DNA from: Sulfurospirillum sp.
GTDB lineage: Bacteria; Campylobacterota; Campylobacteria; Campylobacterales; Sulfurospirillaceae
DNA: 64,000 nucleotides
Direction of reading: 5' to 3'
Assembly: GCA_045047115.1 (NCBI GenBank)
Contig: JASFYR010000005.1
Location: 1-64,000 of the forward strand
The notes under the pieces are model-generated. The model did no database searches, had not been told where the DNA came from, and worked only from the letters and a program-made list of their open reading frames with translations. Below, piece after piece: positions 21,264-28,671 of the stretch. The position numbers were made by a program, and so were the translations under genes. The stretch's first letter is position 1, and each line of letters starts with the position of its first letter.

Positions 21264-22247
21264 ATGACAAAGTTTGTTAAAATTGCTGCTGCTGCAGCGT
21301 TTTTAGTTTCTTCAACATTTGCGGCTGATTATACTATCAAGTTCTCACATGTTGTAAGTCCAAATACACCAAAAGGAAAGGCTGCTGACTTTTTTGCAAA
21401 AAGAGTAAAAGAGCTGACCAACGGTAAAGTGGAAGTCAAAGTATTCCCTAACTCTCAACTCTATTCAGATAAAGCTGTTATGAAAGCTTTGATGATTGGA
21501 AATGTTCAGATGGCAGTTCCAAGCTTTTCAAAATTTACAAGACTTGTTCCACAACTTCAACTCTTTGACCTGCCTTTCTTGTTTAGGGATGTCAAGCATC
21601 TACATGCCGTCATGGACGGATCTGTTGGAAAAAAATTGAAAGATTTGGTTACAAAAAAAGGTTTTGTAGCTCTAAACTATTGGGACAACGGCTTTAAGCA
21701 ACTTTCAACAAACAAAAAAGCACTCATCTGGCCAAAAGATGCAAAAGGTCAAAAATTTAGAATTATGAGTTCAAAAGTTCTTGAAGCTCAATTTAAAGCA
21801 GTAGGAGCAAATCCGCAAGTGCTTCCTTTTTCAGAAGTTTACTCAGCACTCCAACAAGGCGTTGTTGACGGAGGTGAAAACCCGCTATCTAACTTCTATA
21901 CAAAAAAATTCTATGAGGTACAAAAAAATCTAACTCTTTCAAATCACGGCTATCTGGGATATTTAGTAGTTATGAGCAAAAGATTTTGGAATAAACTACC
22001 GGCTGATTTAAAACCAAAAATCATCCAGGCTATGAATGAAGCAACTGTATATGAGAGAAAAGAAGCTGCTGCTCTTGAGGGACAATTTTTGGCTAAGGTT
22101 GAAGCATATGCAAAGAAAACAGGCAAGTTAAAAATTTACAGACTAACTCCAGAGCAAACTGCTGCTTGGAGAAAAGTGATGGTAGGAATTTATCCACAGT
22201 TTTATAATGTAATCGGAAAAGATCTAATCAAGGCTGCTCAGAAATAA
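21264..22247 (+). CDS. dctP: TRAP transporter solute-binding subunit (C4-dicarboxylate type)
   Basis: IKFSHVV..TPKG, FDLPFLF, KFRIM, EVYSALQQGVVDG.EN. Confidence 0.95.
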   Translation: MTKFVKIAAAAAFLVSSTFAADYTIKFSHVVSPNTPKGKAADFFAKRVKELTNGKVEVKVFPNSQLYSDKAVMKALMIGNVQMAVPSFSKFTRLVPQLQLFDLPFLFRDVKHLHAVMDGSVGKKLKDLVTKKGFVALNYWDNGFKQLSTNKKALIWPKDAKGQKFRIMSSKVLEAQFKAVGANPQVLPFSEVYSALQQGVVDGGENPLSNFYTKKFYEVQKNLTLSNHGYLGYLVVMSKRFWNKLPADLKPKIIQAMNEATVYERKEAAALEGQFLAKVEAYAKKTGKLKIYRLTPEQTAAWRKVMVGIYPQFYNVIGKDLIKAAQK

Positions 22248-22259
22248 GAGTGAATAATA

Positions 22260-22294
22260 AAGGGGTTAGGTTTTGAAGCAAACCCTGACCCCTT
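22260..22294 (+). repeat. GGGGTCAGGGTT-family hairpin between dctP and dctQ
   Basis: AAGGGGTTAGGTTTTG-AAG-CAAACCCTGACCCCTT. Confidence 0.8.
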
Positions 22295-22310
22295 ATGAAG
22301 GGGGTTGTTT

Positions 22311-22889
22311 ATGGGAAGATTTTTTTCTATATTAGATATCGGAGTTGCAACTATCAATAGAAATCTGGCAGTTTTGGGGATGACTGTCGGTGTAACTCTT
22401 GCATTTGTAAATGTTTTGGCCAGGTATATTTTAAATGAAAGTATCACTTGGGCCGGTGAACTCACAAATTATGCTTTTATGTGGGGTGCTCTTTTTGGTG
22501 CCGCCTATGGATTTAAAAGAGGAATCCATATACAAGTTACAATTCTTTTGGCAAAACTACCGGCACCGGTGGCAAAAGCATTGATGATATTTGCCTATAC
22601 ACTTTCATTTATATATCTTGCATTTATGTCGTATTTCGGTTGTCAGTTGATATTGATACTTCAAGACATGAATGAGATGAGTATAGACTTAAATATCCCG
22701 ATGTGGATACCAACACTGGTTCTTCCTCTGGCATTTGGGGGAGCAGCGTATCGAGCGGGTGAAAAGATTTATGAAGTGGCTAAAGAGGATGCAGATAAAG
22801 TTATAAAAACTACTGAAGAAGAGCTTATTCACGATACAAGTGAGCGCTCTGGAGCTAATGTACCAGAGGAAGACGGAGAGCCATTATGA
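22311..22889 (+). CDS. dctQ: TRAP transporter small permease
   Basis: 4 TM, NVLARY..WAGEL, HI motif; start taken at ATG 22311. Confidence 0.92.
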   Translation: MGRFFSILDIGVATINRNLAVLGMTVGVTLAFVNVLARYILNESITWAGELTNYAFMWGALFGAAYGFKRGIHIQVTILLAKLPAPVAKALMIFAYTLSFIYLAFMSYFGCQLILILQDMNEMSIDLNIPMWIPTLVLPLAFGGAAYRAGEKIYEVAKEDADKVIKTTEEELIHDTSERSGANVPEEDGEPL

Positions 22890-24169
22890 TGATCGCTACT
22901 CTTTTTATACTGCTTTTTGCATTGATGCTTATAGGTGTACCGGTTGCTGTTAGTCTGGGAACCAGCACTATGGTCACGGCTCTTATGTTTACAGACTTCA
23001 ATCTTATGGGTGTTCCCTCAGAAGTTTTTGATGGCTTGGACCACTATACACTTATGGCGATTCCTATGTTTATCTTAGCGGGTGCTTTTTTATCAAAAGG
23101 GAGTGCGTCAACAAGGATTATAGAGTTTGCCAAGTCGATAGTCGGGCATCTTCCAGGCGGTCTTCCGATAGCTGCTATATTTGCAAGTGTTATTTTTGCT
23201 GCGGTTTCAGGAAGTTCACCTGCCACTGTTGTTGCAATCGGCTCAGTCATGTACGGAGCCATTAAAGAAGCAGGTTATCCTACAAAATACGCCATAGGAA
23301 CGATAGCTACTGCAGGCAGCCTAGGTATATTGATACCTCCTTCTATCGTATTTATCGTTTACGGAGTTACGGCAGATCAATCTATCGGTAAACTCTTTAT
23401 GGCAGGAGTCATACCGGGGCTTCTTATAGGCTTTATGCTTATGGTTGTTACTTATGTAGGCGCTGTTAGGTTGGGATTTAAAAGAACAAAGATGGCTCCA
23501 TTTGGCGAAAGAATGAAAAAGTTCAAAGAGGCTTTTTGGGCTTTAATGCTTATAGTGTTAGTCATTGGCGGTATTTACGGAGGTTTCTTTACCCCGACTG
23601 AAGCAGGAGCTGCGAGTGCCTTTTATGCTTTCTTTATCTCATTTTTTGTCTATAAAGATTTGAAAGTAAAAGAGATATATAAGATCATACTAGATTCTGC
23701 TATGACGAGTTCCATGATATTTTTCTTGATAGCAAATGCTATGATATTCTCCCACTTCTTGACAGATGAGAGTATACCTCAGTACATAACAAATATCATC
23801 ATCCAGGCGCATGTCGGACCTATCATGTTCTTGGTAATAGTAAACTTGCTGCTTATACTTATGGGGCAGTTTATGGAGCCGAGCTCTATCGTTATGATCA
23901 CAGTGCCACTTCTGTTGCCAATAGCTATGAAACTGGGAATCGACCCTATTCATTTAGGTGTCATCATGGTAATAAACATGGAGATAGGCATGATAACACC
24001 GCCTGTTGGCTTAAACCTCTTTGTCGCGAGCGGCATCACAGGTCTAAGCCTAAAAGACATCATAGTGGCTTCGCTTCCATGGGCGTTGACTATATTTGTA
24101 GGACTGATTCTCATAACATATATACCAATCATATCTCTATGGTTGCCAAATTTGATGTTTGGATACTAA
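22886..24169 (+). CDS. dctM: TRAP transporter large permease
   Basis: SGSSPAT, LIPPS, TPTEAG, TPPVG motifs. Confidence 0.96.
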   Translation: MMIATLFILLFALMLIGVPVAVSLGTSTMVTALMFTDFNLMGVPSEVFDGLDHYTLMAIPMFILAGAFLSKGSASTRIIEFAKSIVGHLPGGLPIAAIFASVIFAAVSGSSPATVVAIGSVMYGAIKEAGYPTKYAIGTIATAGSLGILIPPSIVFIVYGVTADQSIGKLFMAGVIPGLLIGFMLMVVTYVGAVRLGFKRTKMAPFGERMKKFKEAFWALMLIVLVIGGIYGGFFTPTEAGAASAFYAFFISFFVYKDLKVKEIYKIILDSAMTSSMIFFLIANAMIFSHFLTDESIPQYITNIIIQAHVGPIMFLVIVNLLLILMGQFMEPSSIVMITVPLLLPIAMKLGIDPIHLGVIMVINMEIGMITPPVGLNLFVASGITGLSLKDIIVASLPWALTIFVGLILITYIPIISLWLPNLMFGY

Positions 24170-24174
24170 ACACT

Positions 24175-24203
24175 AAGAGGGTAAATGTAAATTTGCCCTC
24201 TTT
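24175..24203 (+). terminator. Terminator-like hairpin after dctM
   Basis: AAGAGGGTAAAT-GTAA-ATTTGCCCTCTT. Confidence 0.6.
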
Positions 24204-24230
24204 GACAAAATCTTTCTAAAATATTATAAT
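24202..24230 (+). promoter_or_regulatory. Consensus sigma70 promoter for the AbiEii module
   Basis: TTGACA (24202-24207), 17 nt, TATAAT (24225-24230). Confidence 0.8.
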
Positions 24231-24260
24231 CAAACAAAACTTTGATAAAAAAGGTAAGAT

Positions 24261-24569
24261 TTGATAAATTATAATGAGATGATAAAGTCCATATTTTGGG
24301 AATATAATTTTACCAAAGAAGATATATTGGAGATAGCAAGGAGTAAAGACGAAAAGAAGAAAAGCTTTTTATTTGAGAAGATACTCTTAAATAGCAAAAA
24401 TTTACTAAATGATTTGGAGATTTTTTCAAATAAAGATCTGAAATTTTTGCTTGAAAATTATAAAATTTTACGCTTCAATGAAGGATTTGCAAAAAGACGA
24501 AAAGAGATAGCACAGTGCTATTTTTTTGATAAACCGATTACAATTTCAGAGTTAAAATGGATAGCATAA
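24261..24569 (+). CDS. Small partner protein (putative antitoxin) of AbiEii-type nucleotidyltransferase
   Basis: SIFWEY N-terminal motif; overlaps downstream toxin-like gene. Confidence 0.7.
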   Translation: MINYNEMIKSIFWEYNFTKEDILEIARSKDEKKKSFLFEKILLNSKNLLNDLEIFSNKDLKFLLENYKILRFNEGFAKRRKEIAQCYFFDKPITISELKWIA

Positions 24570-25204
24570 ATTATAAAAAACTATACGCCTTACAAGATCG
24601 CGTGATGCAAGATATCTTTCAAGTAGAAAGTGAATTTTATCTCACAGGCGGAACTTGTTTGAGCAGGTTTTATAAAGACAAAAGATACTCAGATGATTTG
24701 GATTTTTTTACTAATAACTCCATCAGATTTAATTTTGCAGTTAGAGGCATAAAAGATGTGTTAATCAAAAGATATGATTTGAAAGTAGAGATAGAATCAA
24801 AAGATTTTATAAGATACAGGTTAGATGATATATTACAAATCGACTTTGTAAATGATAGAGTAGAGCACTATAAGGATCTAGTTGTAAAAGAGAACATCAT
24901 AATAGACAATATAGAAAATATCTTAAGCAATAAACTAACAGCAACAATCAGCCGAGATAATCCTAAAGATATCTTTGATTTATATCTTATTTGGAGATAT
25001 TTTTCATTTGATTGGAAAGATATATTGGAAAGTGCACATTCAAAAGCATATTTTAGCGATGATGAACTCATCATACGACTAAAAACATTTCCAAGTGAGC
25101 TTTTAAAAAATATTAAATTGAGCGACAAAAGTTTTTTAGATAATTTTACAGTAGAATTTCCAAAAATTATCCAGGAGATAAAAACATCCAAGCATGCAAA
25201 ATAA
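24557..25204 (+). CDS. AbiEii/AbiGii-family nucleotidyltransferase toxin
   Basis: LTGGTCL..RYSDDLDFF, NKL...R..PKDIFDLY motifs. Confidence 0.88.
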   Translation: MDSINYKKLYALQDRVMQDIFQVESEFYLTGGTCLSRFYKDKRYSDDLDFFTNNSIRFNFAVRGIKDVLIKRYDLKVEIESKDFIRYRLDDILQIDFVNDRVEHYKDLVVKENIIIDNIENILSNKLTATISRDNPKDIFDLYLIWRYFSFDWKDILESAHSKAYFSDDELIIRLKTFPSELLKNIKLSDKSFLDNFTVEFPKIIQEIKTSKHAK

Positions 25205-25320
25205 GGGCTCCTCTAATAATAGGCGACACCTACAATAAAATCTCTTTATATTTGTAGCCATATTGCAAAAAGTAAACCTCCGGCCCCCTTTATTCGTTCA
25301 CGTTCATCTTGCGCTCATAA

Positions 25321-25349
25321 TTGACTTTGTACCACATTTGGTGTATAAT
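25321..25349 (+). promoter_or_regulatory. sigma70 promoter of RelB/YafQ module with imperfect palindrome in the spacer (candidate operator)
   Basis: TTGACT (25321-25326), 17 nt, TATAAT (25344-25349); TGTACCA..TGGTGTA in between. Confidence 0.65.
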
Positions 25350-25366
25350 AATCAAAAGGATTGATT

Positions 25367-25621
25367 ATGAAGATACAAACAAGTGTAAGAGTTGAAGATG
25401 TGTTTTATAAAGATGCTAAGGTGGTATTTAACAAATTTGGCTTAAGTTTTGCAGATGCCGTCAATATATTTTTAGCAAAAGTTTCGATGGAACAAGCTAT
25501 ACCTTTTGATTTAAGTATCCCTAATGACGAACTAAACGGCAGAGTAAAAAATATAAAAGCAGATAAAAACAAAGAAATTTACAAAACAGCAAATGAATTA
25601 TTTGAAGATTTAGGCATATAA
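25367..25621 (+). CDS. RelB/DinJ family antitoxin
   Basis: TSVRVE...FGLSFADAVNIFL...IPF ribbon-helix-helix pattern; C-terminal ELFEDL. Confidence 0.88.
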   Translation: MKIQTSVRVEDVFYKDAKVVFNKFGLSFADAVNIFLAKVSMEQAIPFDLSIPNDELNGRVKNIKADKNKEIYKTANELFEDLGI

Positions 25622-25912
25622 ATGCTTGAGATAAAAATAGAAAAGTCATTTAAAAAAGATATACAAAGAGATAAAAACAGCGGACAATATAGCAAAAAAG
25701 ATTTTGAACTATTGAAATTTATCATCTTAAAACTTCAGAAAGAAGAGAGCATAGAAGAGGTTTTTAAAAGGCATCTTCTCAAAGGAAATATGAAAGATTT
25801 AGAATCTATCCATATAAAAGGAGATTGGCTATTGGTATTTTTTATTGATAACAATTTTCTAAATCTTGTCATGTTAGGAAAGCATACACAAGTCTATAAA
25901 AAATTTAAGTAG
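25622..25912 (+). CDS. YafQ/RelE family mRNA interferase toxin
   Basis: KSFKKD, HLLKG, ESIHIKGDWLLV, LGKH. Confidence 0.88.
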   Translation: MLEIKIEKSFKKDIQRDKNSGQYSKKDFELLKFIILKLQKEESIEEVFKRHLLKGNMKDLESIHIKGDWLLVFFIDNNFLNLVMLGKHTQVYKKFK

Positions 25913-26044
25913 ATACTCACAATATAATCTGCCAAAATTCAAAGAAATCATAAATCAAATCATAAATAAATAGCTAAATTTACCGTTCATTTACTCTTAT
26001 TTGTGACAATACAATAACTTTTTCTCAAAATCCTCACTTTTTTA

Positions 26045-26073
26045 TTGATTTCTCTAAAACTTTGTGATACAAT
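26045..26073 (+). promoter_or_regulatory. sigma70 promoter of porin gene
   Basis: TTGATT, 17 nt, TACAAT with extended TG. Confidence 0.55.
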
Positions 26074-26107
26074 ATCCTCGTAAAAAAATTTTTTCAAGGA
26101 GAAATAT

Positions 26108-27274
26108 ATGAAATTAGCTAAACTTAGCTTGGCAGCTATAACAGTTGCAAGTTTAACTGCGAGCGCATTTGCTGCAGATTCACTTGCTAGTGCATTCAAA
26201 GAAGGTAAGATAAGTGGAACAATTACAAGTTTTTATCTTAAAACTACAAAAGATGCTCCAGCTGTAGATTCAGGTGCATATGCTCTTGGTGGTTTATTAA
26301 ATTTTCAAACTGCAAAACTAAATGGTTTCTATGCGGATTTTGAATTTCAAGCTTCAGATACACTAGGAACAACTGTAGGTGATGTAAATGATGGCTCAAT
26401 TGGTATTAACAACAGTATGCTAAGTCAAGCATACTTAGGTTACTATGGATATAAAACTGATATCAAAGTTGGTAGAATGCACATAGGAACTCCATTGGTT
26501 TCTGATAGTGGTTCAAGACTTGTAAGAGACTATTGGAATGCTCTATTGGTAGTTAATAAATCACTTAAAAATACTACTATAGCAGTAGGCGGTGTTACAG
26601 AGTGGACAGGTAGAGATGGTAGTCATTTCAGACCAGCTGATCCAATATATACTGTATTGGCAGCAACAAGTTTCTCGGGCGTTAGTGTAACAGGTCAGTA
26701 TGTATATGCTAATAACTTGACAGCTGGTGCTAATGATACAAGAAAAGATTATTATGTTGGATTGGGATATACTGTAAAAGCTGGTATGCCAATAAAATTA
26801 GGTGCACAATACATAGGATTTACTCAAGATGGTGCAAAAAGCCTTCATTCTTACGGTCTAATGGTCGGAACATCTGTAGCTGGTTTAGGTCTTAGTGCAT
26901 ACTATACAAACACAAGCGGAAATTATGGTGACGGAAGCGTGCCAGGAGGCTATGGAAATGGATCTGATCCTTCTTACAACTCTGTACAAAAACTTTCAGG
27001 AAACGGAGCAGGTGTTACAGCTTACCAAGGAAAAGTCTCTTATGACTTTTCAAAAGTTGGCGTAAAAGGACTATCTGCATTTACTAGATATATACAGTAC
27101 AATGATTATAGTGGTTCAGGACTGGATGCAAACGAATGGGATATGGATGCAAAATATGCATTTGGTGGCTCACTTAAAGGTTTAAGTGGACAAGTAAGAT
27201 ATGCTACTGTTACAAAAGATGTACCAAATAGTGATTTTAATGACTTTAGATTTATAGTTAAATATAAATTCTAA
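26108..27274 (+). CDS. Outer-membrane porin (OprD/major outer membrane protein-like)
   Basis: MKLAKLSLAA signal peptide, amphipathic beta strands, KVGRMHIGTPL, C-terminal YKF. Confidence 0.9.
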   Translation: MKLAKLSLAAITVASLTASAFAADSLASAFKEGKISGTITSFYLKTTKDAPAVDSGAYALGGLLNFQTAKLNGFYADFEFQASDTLGTTVGDVNDGSIGINNSMLSQAYLGYYGYKTDIKVGRMHIGTPLVSDSGSRLVRDYWNALLVVNKSLKNTTIAVGGVTEWTGRDGSHFRPADPIYTVLAATSFSGVSVTGQYVYANNLTAGANDTRKDYYVGLGYTVKAGMPIKLGAQYIGFTQDGAKSLHSYGLMVGTSVAGLGLSAYYTNTSGNYGDGSVPGGYGNGSDPSYNSVQKLSGNGAGVTAYQGKVSYDFSKVGVKGLSAFTRYIQYNDYSGSGLDANEWDMDAKYAFGGSLKGLSGQVRYATVTKDVPNSDFNDFRFIVKYKF

Positions 27275-27293
27275 TTCATCAAAAATGTATAAA

Positions 27294-27328
27294 GAATCAA
27301 GGCTGCTATAGCCTTGATTCCCACTTTT
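27294..27328 (+). terminator. Terminator of porin gene
   Basis: GAATCAAGGCT-GCTAT-AGCCTTGATTC then CCACTTTT. Confidence 0.75.
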
Positions 27329-27329
27329 G

Positions 27330-27362
27330 AGGGTCAGGGTCAGAGCTTTACTTTTAACTTAA
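27330..27362 (+). repeat. Degenerate GGGGTCAG repeat R1
   Basis: AGGGTC-AGGGTCAGAGCTTTACTTTTAACTT aligns to R2/R3. Confidence 0.65.
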
Positions 27363-27582
27363 TTGTGTGAAAGGGTGATTTTGGTTAAAAATTCTAATAA
27401 TCTCTAATAAGTTAAAATCTTTTTTAATTCTGTAGATTATTATATATTTTTTAAATATCATATCTCTAGTGTTTTTCTTCATTGAAGTAGATAGATTTTC
27501 TGTGCTTGTATGGAAAATTTGGTATACTTTTTATATTGGAGAATAACTCTTTTTTAAACTTTTTGTCTAGTTTAATCTGCAT
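27354..27582 (-). pseudogene. RelE/ParE family toxin pseudogene
   Basis: MQIKLDKKF...IPNFPYKHRKSIYFNEE then +1 A in the run at 27472-27476; corrected frame continues NTRDMIFKKYIIIYRI...EIIRIFNQNHP; also appears internally shortened. Confidence 0.75.
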
Positions 27583-27748
27583 ATTTTGATTCAAGCTCTT
27601 TTTCAAATCTATCTGCTCTGTCTGCAAATTCTTCAAACGGAACCAAAACACTTTTACCACTATCTATGTCACAGATATCTTGCTGGAGTTGCCTTCTCCT
27701 TTGATAGAAATAAGGATCAATTTCAAGGTTTACATCTTTAGTAATTTG
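27572..27748 (-). pseudogene. 5'-truncated antitoxin of the ParE module
   Basis: Start-less frame QITKDVNLEIDPYFYQRRRQLQQDICDIDSGK...ELESKYAD* overlapping the toxin ATG; stops at the tandem TGGAAAAAA units next to R2. Confidence 0.7.
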
Positions 27749-27773
27749 GAAAAAATGGAAAAAAGTGGAAAAA

Positions 27774-27801
27774 AGGGGTCAGGGTTAAACTTTAAACTTT
27801 T
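27774..27801 (+). repeat. GGGGTCAG repeat R2
   Basis: AGGGGTCAGGGTTAAACTTTAAACTTTT, identical to 28515-28542. Confidence 0.95.
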
Positions 27802-27851
27802 TAAAAAAATATTTTAGAGTTCCTAAGGCAGGATACCTAATTGTTTCTAAA

Positions 27852-28178
27852 TTATTCTAGACAAGAAAGTTTTTTGCATAGCATATTTTTAATTTTTATA
27901 AAACAATCTTTTTTGAGTGAGGCTATAAATCTAGAGTTTTTTATAAGAGAGCGATCTACTGCTGTGAGTTTTGGTATGATAATTACGGAATCTTTTTTGA
28001 GATTTCCATCATCTATATCTAAATTTGTGATTACAATTCCATCTCTTTTCATATTGGTTGTCAATGGCAAAATTAGCACATCATTTTTACCAATGATTTG
28101 AAAAACAAGTACAGGACGACCCTTTGTATTTGTAAAATCACTATAAGGCATAAGGATATAGTGAATATTTCCTACCAT
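27852..28178 (-). CDS. PemK/MazF family toxin
   Basis: PYSDFTNTKGRPVLV, LPLTT, LKKDS motifs. Confidence 0.88.
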   Translation of the reverse strand: MVGNIHYILMPYSDFTNTKGRPVLVFQIIGKNDVLILPLTTNMKRDGIVITNLDIDDGNLKKDSVIIIPKLTAVDRSLIKNSRFIASLKKDCFIKIKNMLCKKLSCLE

Positions 28179-28429
28179 TGGCTATAGTCCTCATCGCTAT
28201 CTTCAAAGTTATTTTTACTCAAGCCAATGGCTATTTTTCCAAAATTATCAAGTTCACTATCTTGCCAGAAACTCCAATCATCCCCAATATTTTTGATGTT
28301 TATATATTTTTCATAGTCAATAACCACAACAAATGGCTTCTCTCTTTTTGTTATAAGCAAATCACCACGAAGGGCATCTTGGAGTCTAGTTGAGTTTTGC
28401 TTTAGTTCTGATGCAGTTATAGAATGCAT
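28172..28429 (-). CDS. Phd/YefM-type antitoxin with acidic C-terminus
   Basis: ITASELKQN...LITKREKPFVVVIDYEKY; overlaps toxin start. Confidence 0.85.
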   Translation of the reverse strand: MHSITASELKQNSTRLQDALRGDLLITKREKPFVVVIDYEKYINIKNIGDDWSFWQDSELDNFGKIAIGLSKNNFEDSDEDYSQW

Positions 28430-28455
28430 TAATAATCCTTTTAATCACTTTGTAT

Positions 28456-28485
28456 ATTATAACTATTTTAACCATTGCAAGTCAA
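28456..28485 (-). promoter_or_regulatory. Promoter of Phd-MazF module
   Basis: Minus strand TTGACT, 18 nt, TATAAT. Confidence 0.55.
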
Positions 28486-28514
28486 GATGGAGAAATAAAG
28501 AAAATAAAGAAAAT

Positions 28515-28542
28515 AGGGGTCAGGGTTAAACTTTAAACTTTT
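28515..28542 (+). repeat. GGGGTCAG repeat R3
   Basis: Identical 28-mer to 27774-27801. Confidence 0.95.
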
Positions 28543-28671
28543 GCTTCTTATATTATTATTTTTACTTATCTACAATATTTTAATAATTTGCTCAAAAAAT
28601 AACCATATATCCTTGCAAAATTTAAAAAAAGCTGATAAAATTACTCTCGTTATAAAATCTAAGGAGAATAA

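Noticed and set aside
22830..22889. DctQ acidic C-terminal tail as another copy of the junction element
   Set aside because: Lacks the GGAA-TTCAC-TTCC hairpin and the peptide similarity.
25221..25235. AGGCGACACCTACAA, resembling half of a GTAG-type REP
   Set aside because: Single short unpaired occurrence; insufficient support.
27466..27660. 64-aa ORF from the track as a real gene
   Set aside because: Chimera of off-frame antitoxin sequence and the truncated ParE N-terminus.
27841..28101. Plus-strand ORF over the MazF gene
   Set aside because: Antisense shadow of the toxin gene.
27330..28542. Repeats as a CRISPR array or integron attC sites
   Set aside because: Spacers are 410-710 bp and contain genes; no cas genes; no attC-type RYYYAAC/GTTRRRY paired structure; no integrase in window.
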